Positions 1-6,034 of a stretch of DNA of 6,034 nt are shown here, piece after piece. The notes under the pieces were generated by a model. That model made no database searches and was not told the DNA's origin. It was given only the letters and a program-made list of their open reading frames with translations. The DNA comes from a virus. Lineage: Duplodnaviria > Heunggongvirae > Uroviricota > Caudoviricetes. Position 1 is the stretch's first letter. Each line of letters opens with the position of its first letter. Both the position numbers and the translations under genes were made by a program. The stretch lies in the IMG/VR virus record IMGVR_UViG_2671180429_000014; one strand, 5' to 3'.

Positions 1-289
1 TCGCAACCGCATCATTCACCGCCTGCTGCAGTACATCCGGATCATAATCACGACCATCACGCGGTACCGGAATGGTCCCCACAGCGTCATCCACCATCGC
101 CTGCAGAACCGGATGTACCTCATCCACCGTCACATGCTTCTGTAATACCGCCGACAGGGAAGCCAGTTTCTCTTCAAACGCTTGTGCCTGCGCGGCCATC
201 TTCCCCTCAAATGTGCGCTGTAAATCCGCCAGCACCGTGGAGAATTCTTCGCCCAGTGCACGAATAATGGACAGTTCCCGTTCCGTCAT
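1..289 (-). CDS. Hypothetical phage protein, N-terminal 96 codons only (continues past window start); function unknown
   Basis: Manual translation of the reverse complement from ATG at 289..287 is open for 96 codons to the window edge (MTERELSIIRALGEEFSTVLADLQRTFEGKMAAQAQAFEEKLASLSAVLQKHVTVDEVHPVLQAMVDDAVGTIPVPRDGRDYDPDVLQQAVNDAVA...). Its ATG overlaps the portal stop as ATGA (plus 286..289 = tcat). Not in the ORF track, presumably because it has no stop inside the window. I do not recognise the sequence. Confidence 0.5.
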   Translation of the reverse strand, partial: MTERELSIIRALGEEFSTVLADLQRTFEGKMAAQAQAFEEKLASLSAVLQKHVTVDEVHPVLQAMVDDAVGTIPVPRDGRDYDPDVLQQAVNDAVA

Positions 290-1503
290 TTTCTCAGTAT
301 CCCCCTGAACATCGCTTTCACTGCATCATGCTCTGTTTCACTGATTGCCTTATTACCGTCAGATGCGCCGTCAGGCAGTTGTGCTGAAACTGTTTTCCCG
401 GCCGACGCGAACGGGTCCTCACGGGCATCACGACGGGACAGCGCCTCCAGACTGTAGTTCTGCTGCTGAAGATACAGTGCATCACCACCGGCAAGGGGCG
501 GCAGGTTCTCACGTTTACGGGCCTCATTGGGCGTGAGAAGCGTATTTTTCACTGATTCACCCAGTGTTTTCATGCGCCGTTCGCTGTCCATTCTCAGCAG
601 CGTGGTGACGTCAAACTCCGTGCTCTCGTTTTCCCCCGTTTCCAGCGCCTCATCCAGTAACAGCTCAATGGACTCAATCAGCGTCTGCAGACACTGGGAA
701 TAATACTGCTGCTCCAGCGCCTCCACGTTGTCACTGGAAGGCGGGTGGCCAACGCCAATCTTGTAGGCCGGGACACGGAACACCGAACAGACAATTTCAG
801 CNNNNNNNNNNNNNNNNNNNNNNNNNNNNNNNNNNNNNNNNNNNNNNCCGCCATTTCTGAAAAAATACGTCGAATTTGCCTGAATATGATGCCCCTGCAT
901 GGCGGCCAGTCCTGCGGCATACACCGGCGGCAGCCCCACAAGCGGATGAAAAAAACAGTTAAAACGGTCGTGGATCACCTCCCGGGCAGGCACCGTCACC
1001 GACTCTGTGATCCCACAGTTCCGGTCCGGCGTGATGCGGTAGAACACGTCGCCGTCATCCGCCACCAGAGGTTCAACCCGGTTCCAGTCCAGAATACGCA
1101 GTTCTTTGATCTGCCCCCGGGGGTTGCGGATTTTCAGCACCACCGTATTGCCGTGACGCAATTTGGAATTCAGCCACAGTTCAAAAAACTGGATGCGATT
1201 CTGCTGCGCATTAGGACGACGACAGAGACGGGCAGTATCTCCCTGCCGCTTTTCCCGGCGTATTCCCTGTACATCAGTCTGCATCAGGCGAAGCCGCATT
1301 TTGGCGATATCCTGGGATATCAGCGAAATGCATGAAAACACCGCGTGAAAGGACAAAACGGTTTCCGGATCGGCTTTCACACCCTGCTGCCAGGCACCGG
1401 CAAAAGGCTCAGCCACCGCCTGAAACAGGGACCGCCAGCCCACTTCTCTTACGTCACGTCCTGATTTCTGGTTTTTTCGGGTTCGCCGCAAAAGGTTCCA
1501 CAT
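286..1503 (-). CDS. Phage portal protein, HK97-like family; reading frame interrupted by a 46-nt N run
   Basis: 405-codon ORF with ATG start at 1503 and an in-frame stop 5 codons upstream, so no longer N-terminus is possible. GGAG sits 8 nt upstream of the ATG. Motifs typical of HK97-type portals: SFHAVFSCISLISQ near the N-terminus, EIVCSVFRVPAYKIG, and C-terminal LTPNEARKRENLPPLAGGD. Recognition is from memory of the family. Confidence 0.85.
   Translation of the reverse strand: MWNLLRRTRKNQKSGRDVREVGWRSLFQAVAEPFAGAWQQGVKADPETVLSFHAVFSCISLISQDIAKMRLRLMQTDVQGIRREKRQGDTARLCRRPNAQQNRIQFFELWLNSKLRHGNTVVLKIRNPRGQIKELRILDWNRVEPLVADDGDVFYRITPDRNCGITESVTVPAREVIHDRFNCFFHPLVGLPPVYAAGLAAMQGHHIQANSTYFFRNGXXXXXXXXXXXXXXXXAEIVCSVFRVPAYKIGVGHPPSSDNVEALEQQYYSQCLQTLIESIELLLDEALETGENESTEFDVTTLLRMDSERRMKTLGESVKNTLLTPNEARKRENLPPLAGGDALYLQQQNYSLEALSRRDAREDPFASAGKTVSAQLPDGASDGNKAISETEHDAVKAMFRGILRK
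802..847. other. Run of 46 N (assembly gap or masked bases) inside the portal gene
   Basis: Directly visible: c at 801, n at 802..847, ccg at 848..850. The X residues in the ORF track come from this run. Confidence 0.99.
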
Positions 1504-1678
1504 TCGCCATGCTCCGCATCACGTTTCTTTTTCTGACCTGCCGGACGTCGCGCTGTGATGTACTCCGCCTTCCCCAGGCGAACCAGCACCTCCGCACACG
1601 GCTGTGCCACATCACGGATATCCCCGGCCCGGGCATCATGCGTGCCCTGCAGATACTGGATTTTTGCCATCTGTTACT

Positions 1679-1700
1679 GCGGGAAGCTCGCGCCTCCCGC
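1679..1700 (-). other. RNA stem-loop in the capsid-portal spacer (9-bp stem including one G-U pair, GNRA-type loop GCGA); no U-tract follows
   Basis: Minus-sense sequence 5'-GCGGGAGGC GCGA GCUUCCCGC-3' (reverse complement of plus 1679..1700), beginning 15 nt after the capsid-gene stop TGA (1717..1715). Followed by AGUAACAG, so it is not a canonical intrinsic terminator. Confidence 0.4.
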
Positions 1701-1714
1701 CCTCCTCATCAGAC

Positions 1715-3652
1715 TCAGCCACCGGACGCAGTTCCGTAGTTCACACCGGTGATCACCGCCACTGCCGCGGTACGGCGACGACGCCAGTTGATCCAGCGCT
1801 CCGCACGGATGGCCACGCTGCCGGTCTGAAACATGGAGACCAGTTCCACCGGTGACGGTGTGCTGCTGTCGCTGGTCGGTTCAGACTGCATCTCCAGTGA
1901 CGCTTCACGGGACATATCCACCGCCACACCGCCGTCATCAGCCAGATAAATATCCGGTGCATTCACCAGTACCAGCTGGTCACCCACATACTGGGAGACA
2001 ATCACCGGCAGCCCCTGGAAGGTCCCGCCCAGCAAGGTCATGTCCGGATATTCCTTCTGACCCAGCGCATTTTTACGCATGGACAGCGCCAGGGCATTGG
2101 TGCTGGACATCAGCCAGACCGCACCGGTGGGCTGCAGATTTGCCGTCACAAACTGGCCAAACGCGGCCTCGGCATCCGCATCCGGGTTACCGGTTGATGC
2201 CGTGCCCTTCACATCATGGGTGATGGACGCCGGGGAGACATCCGCCACCGCCGCTTTTTTCGGGTCCACAAAGTCTGTGTCCAGACGCGCCACCACCGCT
2301 TCCGCCAGCGCATTACGGACCAGTGCATCAGCAGCCGGACTGGAAAAACGGATCAATTCTTCCGTCAGTACCGCAATGGCCGACACTTTCGCATGACTGA
2401 AGGTGATGGATTCAAAATCAAACTTCGTCAGGGGTCTGGCCTTACCCTCACCCACCCAGCCGGCAGCACCACCGGACACCTGGGCATGCACGCGGATATT
2501 GAACGGCACCTGACGAAGTGCAGGGATCCCGCCCTGACCAAATCGCCCGATAATGGTCTGCGGACGCAGGTAATCAATAAAGTCCTGCGCATATTCCTGG
2601 TATTCAGACAGGCTGCCTGCCCACTGCGGGTCCGTGGTGGTCCCTGCCCCCACCGCCGATTTCAGGACATGATGCAGACGGCTGTCATCCGGATACTGAC
2701 GACGGGCCACTTCCAGGGCTTCAGAGCGGACACCTTTAGCCGCGGCCAGTGATTTGGCAAAGCGGGCGAAACCAATCCCCTTCTCCAGTTTCTGCTCAAC
2801 ACGGATCACCGGCGCTGAAGCCACCGTGGCCACATTCCCGTTACCGGCCTGTTTCACCGGCTGTGCCGTGGCGGCCTTACTGGTTTCCAGTTCACGCAGA
2901 CGCTTCAGGTGCGCATCCACCTGACGGATTTCCGCTGCGGTGTTGTCGTAGTGCTCTTCCTCTTCCACATCCAGTGTGCGGCCTTCCTCTGCGGCTTTGT
3001 TCATGATCTCCTCAAGGGAGGCTGCCAGCGCCGCACGCTTGTTTTCAAAACTTTTAATCTGTTCACCAGTATTCATTGCTGACTTTTCCTTATGAAAAGA
3101 GGTTATTGACTGTGCCGAAGCGCCGGCAGAAGATGCGATTTTCACCACCGGTTTCCGGTTGCCGGACGCGGCAGAAAACGGGCGGTCGAAATATTTAATG
3201 GTCCGGATGGTGCATTCCGCATTCGCGGGCACGGTGACGGCAGACACCTCCATCAGCTCCCAGCGCAGAAAATGCAGTCCGCCTCCGTCCAGATAAGTGT
3301 ATTCATGGGGCCGGAAGCCCACAGAAAGCCCCCTGACCAGCCCGGTCTTAATGGCAGCCCAGGCCTCATCCAGCCGGGCTGCCATCTGGGAGGGCATCCC
3401 CGGCTCCGGCTTCACCAGCATTGCCGTGATTTCCAGCCCTTCCCTGACCCGACGCACCGTACACTGGCCTACAGGGCGGGAATGGTCATGCTGCCAGAGA
3501 AACGGGATCGTACTGCCAAACTCCGCCCCCTCCGGCTCCAGGATGTCACCATCCCGATCCGGAGAAGGCGTTGACGCAATCCCGGTGATCACCCGTTCAT
3601 CCTCACTGAAGGATTTCACCGTCAGCAGGGAACAGGCCCGTTTAAGAGTCAC
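1715..3652 (-). CDS. Fusion ORF: HK97-type prohead protease domain (about residues 1-157), Ala/Ser-rich linker, coiled-coil scaffold-like segment, major capsid domain (about residues 260-645)
   Basis: 645-codon ORF starting at GTG (3652..3650) with AGGAGG (3663..3658) 5 nt upstream. The N-terminal region carries the His and Ser motifs I associate with HK97 gp4-type proteases (LWQHDHSRPVG and RGLSVGFRP) and the PANAECT segment. Residues about 193-260 are Glu/Lys/Ala-rich and predicted coiled-coil (EQIKSFENKRAALAASLEEIMNKAAEEG...LKRLRELE), resembling a capsid delta domain. The C-terminal 385 residues are assigned as major capsid by size, position and context; this part is inference (about 0.7). 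Confidence 0.82.
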   Translation of the reverse strand: MTLKRACSLLTVKSFSEDERVITGIASTPSPDRDGDILEPEGAEFGSTIPFLWQHDHSRPVGQCTVRRVREGLEITAMLVKPEPGMPSQMAARLDEAWAAIKTGLVRGLSVGFRPHEYTYLDGGGLHFLRWELMEVSAVTVPANAECTIRTIKYFDRPFSAASGNRKPVVKIASSAGASAQSITSFHKEKSAMNTGEQIKSFENKRAALAASLEEIMNKAAEEGRTLDVEEEEHYDNTAAEIRQVDAHLKRLRELETSKAATAQPVKQAGNGNVATVASAPVIRVEQKLEKGIGFARFAKSLAAAKGVRSEALEVARRQYPDDSRLHHVLKSAVGAGTTTDPQWAGSLSEYQEYAQDFIDYLRPQTIIGRFGQGGIPALRQVPFNIRVHAQVSGGAAGWVGEGKARPLTKFDFESITFSHAKVSAIAVLTEELIRFSSPAADALVRNALAEAVVARLDTDFVDPKKAAVADVSPASITHDVKGTASTGNPDADAEAAFGQFVTANLQPTGAVWLMSSTNALALSMRKNALGQKEYPDMTLLGGTFQGLPVIVSQYVGDQLVLVNAPDIYLADDGGVAVDMSREASLEMQSEPTSDSSTPSPVELVSMFQTGSVAIRAERWINWRRRRTAAVAVITGVNYGTASGG

Positions 3653-3657
3653 ATCAG

Positions 3658-3663
3658 CCTCCT
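3658..3663 (-). promoter_or_regulatory. Shine-Dalgarno AGGAGG for the protease-capsid ORF
   Basis: Minus-sense ...UUUUUUUAUUUUC AGGAGG CUGAU GUG; 5-nt spacer to the GTG start, immediately preceded by a U-rich tract. Confidence 0.6.
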
Positions 3664-3664
3664 G

Positions 3665-3690
3665 AAAATAAAAAAACCGCCGCAGCGGTT
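3665..3690 (-). terminator. Candidate rho-independent terminator (weak) between large terminase and capsid gene, minus orientation only
   Basis: Minus-sense 5'-AACCGC UGCG GCGGUU-3' (plus 3675..3690; 6-bp stem with 4 G-C pairs, 4-nt loop) running into UUUUUUUAUUUU (plus 3665..3676). Lies 25 nt after the terL stop (3718..3716). On the plus strand the hairpin is followed by catgatgg, not a T-tract. Confidence 0.45.
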
Positions 3691-3715
3691 CATGATGGTT
3701 ACAGGGTGAGCAGGG

Positions 3716-5377
3716 TTATATGAAAAAAACCTCATACGCTTTCTTTTTCGGTTCCGGATTCAGGGACATCAGGGACACCGCATTGAAGAGCGCCATCAGC
3801 GGGTCAATTTTTCCCCGTCCGCTGGCCTGTTTGGTGATAAGAATGGCGTTACCTTTAGGCTCCACCCGGGCATTACCGACACACCAGGCCATCAGGGGCT
3901 GATCACCGTGAATCAGCACCCCTTCAGCCAGTTTGCGCTCGGTGGTTTTGATGGCCCCGCCCAGCTTCCAGCCCTGGCTTATCCCCACCACACTCTCATC
4001 GGGGATCCCGGCTTCCGCCAGTGAATCCAGAATCTGCCCCACACCTGACGGGTCAATACCGATATGATCCAGTAACTCAGCCTCATGAATACGACGCACA
4101 TACTCCGCCACTTCCGCCGTGTCATCCCCGACCCGACGGACAATCGTCATGTCTCCACAGGCCACAAAATCCTGAAACCGGGATGCCTCACTCTTCCGTC
4201 TGACCACCGCGGTTTCATGCACCCAGGCATGGCCCCAGCCCAGCCATTCGCGGGTTTCCCTGTCACGGCCAGTCACGTACATTCCCAGCAGATCATCCAG
4301 GCCCCCGCCGTCAATCCCCACCGTCACCACATCAGCGCGCTGCAGGATATCGTCCAGGCTGACGCGCCTGCCCTGCTGCTCCCAGAAATCCGCGCCCGCC
4401 CAGCGGTCAGAACGCAGGGCAAGACCGATTTCCACATTGGCGTGTTTTGACATGAAGCCACGAAATGCTTCCTCACCAGCCTCCCGGGCTTTACGGTACT
4501 CCCGGTACAGAAAGGCCTCATCCACCGAATAACCGAGATTCGGGTTAACCATGGCGAGGTTTTCCATCAGCAGGTGAGCCCCGCTTTCCACCATTTCAGG
4601 AGGATGCTCAAAAATCACCGGCAGAAAGTGCGGATCATGAATTTTGCCGTCACGGACATCCCGGGCATACTGCAGTTTCTGTCTGAACACCCCGGCGGGC
4701 GGTTCATTCGACTGGGTGGTCGTATACACCACAAACCCTTCCGGACGGGAGGCAAGCCCGCCGATGGCTTCACGTAGCATGTCTTCCGCCTTGTACTGCT
4801 TGCCAAACAGCCACAGTTCATCAATCAGTGTCCCCACGGACTTGATACCGGACACCGTATTCGGATCGGCTGCCACCACCTTCAGGGTGGTGTCCGTCAC
4901 CCGATGGGTGATGGTCCGGATATGTGTCTGCACCTGACAGAGGTCATCCAGATCATCGTCCCGTCGTACCATATCCCTGGCAGGGTTGAAGGCGTTAGCC
5001 GCCACCTCCACGGTCGGGGCCAGAATGGTGTAGCCCGCCGCCTGCCGCCAGTTCAGTAACAGCGCCGTCATCATGATCCCCGCAGCCAGCGTGGACTTAC
5101 TGTTTTTCTTGGGGATAAGGATAAACACTTCCTTGATATGGCGAACACCGGTCTGCGCATCGTAGGAGCCAAACAGGGCCGCCACCAGGTCAAACACCCA
5201 CGGTGCACAGGACTCCCCGAATGTCGGGCTACCCGGTGCATCCACAATTCGCAGTTGTTTAAAAATCGCCAGTGCATGTGCAGCCTGGTCCGGATAAATC
5301 GGAGCCGGAATAATCGACAGCCCCTTTTTCAGGCGCTCTGCCCAGTCCGGGCAGGCCGTGCTCCACACAGGTATCAT
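3716..5377 (-). CDS. terL: Terminase large subunit (lambda/HK97-like Terminase_1-type ATPase-nuclease)
   Basis: 553-codon ORF with ATG at 5377 and GAGG 7 nt upstream. Walker A-like ILIPKKNSKSTLAAG near residues 85-100, LKVVAADPNTVSG and DELWLFGK segments, and C-terminal nuclease-region motif GKIDPLMALFNAVSLM, all typical of this terminase family as I recall it. Start overlaps the terS stop as ATGA (plus 5374..5377 = tcat). Confidence 0.9.
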   Translation of the reverse strand: MIPVWSTACPDWAERLKKGLSIIPAPIYPDQAAHALAIFKQLRIVDAPGSPTFGESCAPWVFDLVAALFGSYDAQTGVRHIKEVFILIPKKNSKSTLAAGIMMTALLLNWRQAAGYTILAPTVEVAANAFNPARDMVRRDDDLDDLCQVQTHIRTITHRVTDTTLKVVAADPNTVSGIKSVGTLIDELWLFGKQYKAEDMLREAIGGLASRPEGFVVYTTTQSNEPPAGVFRQKLQYARDVRDGKIHDPHFLPVIFEHPPEMVESGAHLLMENLAMVNPNLGYSVDEAFLYREYRKAREAGEEAFRGFMSKHANVEIGLALRSDRWAGADFWEQQGRRVSLDDILQRADVVTVGIDGGGLDDLLGMYVTGRDRETREWLGWGHAWVHETAVVRRKSEASRFQDFVACGDMTIVRRVGDDTAEVAEYVRRIHEAELLDHIGIDPSGVGQILDSLAEAGIPDESVVGISQGWKLGGAIKTTERKLAEGVLIHGDQPLMAWCVGNARVEPKGNAILITKQASGRGKIDPLMALFNAVSLMSLNPEPKKKAYEVFFI

Positions 5378-5937
5378 CCGTTGCCCTCATTATCATTATT
5401 CACCACCAGGCGGGGTGGTGGTGGCACCGCAAAACGGTTAGCCGCTTTTTTCGCCGCGTCACCTTTTGCCGATTTTTTACCGGCATCCCCTTTTTTATGG
5501 TGCGTGAACTGCGCCAGCTTATAAGCCGCATCCAGCGCCAGCCTGGGGTCGGTATTAATGTTCTCCACCAGAAGACGCCCCATCGCTTTCACCGGATCGG
5601 GAAGACCATCCTCCATATATTCAATACCAGGAGACATCACCGCGGACGGTGGCATCTCCGGATTGTTTTCGTCCGGCTGTGGTATTGCAGCCGCCTCACG
5701 GCGACGGGGTTTATCCTCCTGCTCTGATTTTTTCTGCCGGTAAACAGGAACCTCATCCACCTCCACCGTCTCGCATTGTTTACGGGCTATAAACGCAAGC
5801 ACCTCCGGATCTTTTGCCAGCTGCGAGCCTTTAACCCTGGCGGTCTTCGCCGAATAACCAGCGGCAATGGCTGACGCTGTTTTGTTTTTCCCGGACATGA
5901 GCGCCAGCGCAAATTTTCGTTTTTGCGTTGTCAGCAC
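5374..5937 (-). CDS. terS: Terminase small subunit (Terminase_2/P27-like, N-terminal helix-turn-helix)
   Basis: 187-codon ORF starting at GTG (5937..5935) with GGGAGGAGG immediately upstream and an in-frame TGA 21 codons further up with no ATG between. N-terminus MLTTQKRKFALALMSGKNKTASAIAAGYSAKTARVKGSQL matches the HTH pattern of small terminases of this type. Lys/Ala-rich, low-complexity C-terminus. Sits directly upstream of terL and is translationally coupled to it. Confidence 0.75.
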   Translation of the reverse strand: MLTTQKRKFALALMSGKNKTASAIAAGYSAKTARVKGSQLAKDPEVLAFIARKQCETVEVDEVPVYRQKKSEQEDKPRRREAAAIPQPDENNPEMPPSAVMSPGIEYMEDGLPDPVKAMGRLLVENINTDPRLALDAAYKLAQFTHHKKGDAGKKSAKGDAAKKAANRFAVPPPPRLVVNNDNEGNG

Positions 5938-6034
5938 AGCCTCCTCCCGGGTCCAGAACGCACTCAGCCGGGTATGGTTCAGCCCATTTTTCCCGGCCTC
6001 TCATGCCGCAAATGTTAACTGCTGCCTGGTTAAC

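Noticed and set aside
1691-1710. 11-codon mini-ORF (MRRAGGASFPQ) straight after the capsid stop, overlapping the stem-loop
   Set aside because: Too short and with no supporting signal; probably a by-product of the purine-rich GGAGG-like sequence.
72-3665. Plus-strand ORFs antisense to the portal, spacer and protease-capsid genes (72..308, 345..536, 745..1335, 1163..1348, 1332..1739, 1555..1752, 1604..1855, 1852..2223, 2079..2396, 2216..2752, 2749..3006, 3272..3574, 3297..3665)
   Set aside because: All lie antisense within or across long, motif-supported minus-strand genes. Their translations are Arg/Pro/His/Cys-rich low-complexity strings typical of out-of-frame reading of GC-rich DNA, with no recognisable motifs. 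745..1335 also spans the N run.
3665-3690. Possible plus-strand or bidirectional terminator at the terL-capsid spacer
   Set aside because: On the plus strand the hairpin is preceded, not followed, by the A/T run, so it could only act on minus-strand transcripts.
318-5277. Short minus-strand ORFs nested out of frame inside portal, capsid and terL (318..527, 678..941, 1454..1639, 1753..1962, 4324..4521, 4615..4824, 5071..5277)
   Set aside because: Alternative-frame ORFs wholly inside larger genes with strong family motifs, and with odd composition. No reason to prefer them.
3720-5743. Plus-strand ORFs antisense to terL and terS (3720..3902, 4021..4203, 4085..4450, 4574..4777, 4644..4937, 5138..5524, 5497..5727, 5558..5743)
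   Set aside because: Same reasoning: embedded antisense in well-supported genes, junk-like composition, no start context.
5832-6034. Minus-strand frame open from the right window edge through the terS start (VNQAAVNICGMRGREKWAEPYPAEC...), overlapping terS by about 105 nt
   Set aside because: Cys/Gly/Arg-rich and out of frame with terS over a long overlap, so most likely spurious. The terS-frame tail ending at TGA 6003..6001 is an equally possible end of an upstream gene. With only about 30 codons visible, nothing can be called.
1-6034. tRNA, CRISPR array, IS element or integrase, and toxin-antitoxin or defence genes
   Set aside because: No direct-repeat and spacer periodicity, no tRNA-like cloverleaf candidates, no terminal inverted repeats and no ORFs with such signatures were seen. 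The coding capacity is fully accounted for by the packaging and head genes.

Overview
All credible genes in this window lie on the minus strand and form one phage DNA-packaging and head-morphogenesis module; I found no defence system, tRNA, CRISPR array, IS element or plus-strand gene. Reading 5'->3' on the minus strand: small terminase (5937..5374, GTG start), large terminase (5377..3716), a short hairpin plus U-tract (about 3690..3665), a single 645-codon ORF joining an HK97-type prohead protease domain, a coiled-coil scaffold-like segment and a major capsid domain (3652..1715, GTG start), a 211-nt spacer with a stable stem-loop, an HK97-type portal (1503..286, interrupted by 46 N at 802..847), and the first 96 codons of a further gene (289..<1). 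Family calls rest on motifs I recognise by eye, not on a database search. GC is roughly 55-60% with enterobacterial-looking codon usage (inference). The points most worth follow-up are the protease-capsid fusion with a retained internal RBS and ATG, the capsid-before-portal gene order, and whether this head-only module belongs to a full prophage or a capsid-forming satellite. I see nothing that justifies claiming a new biological system.
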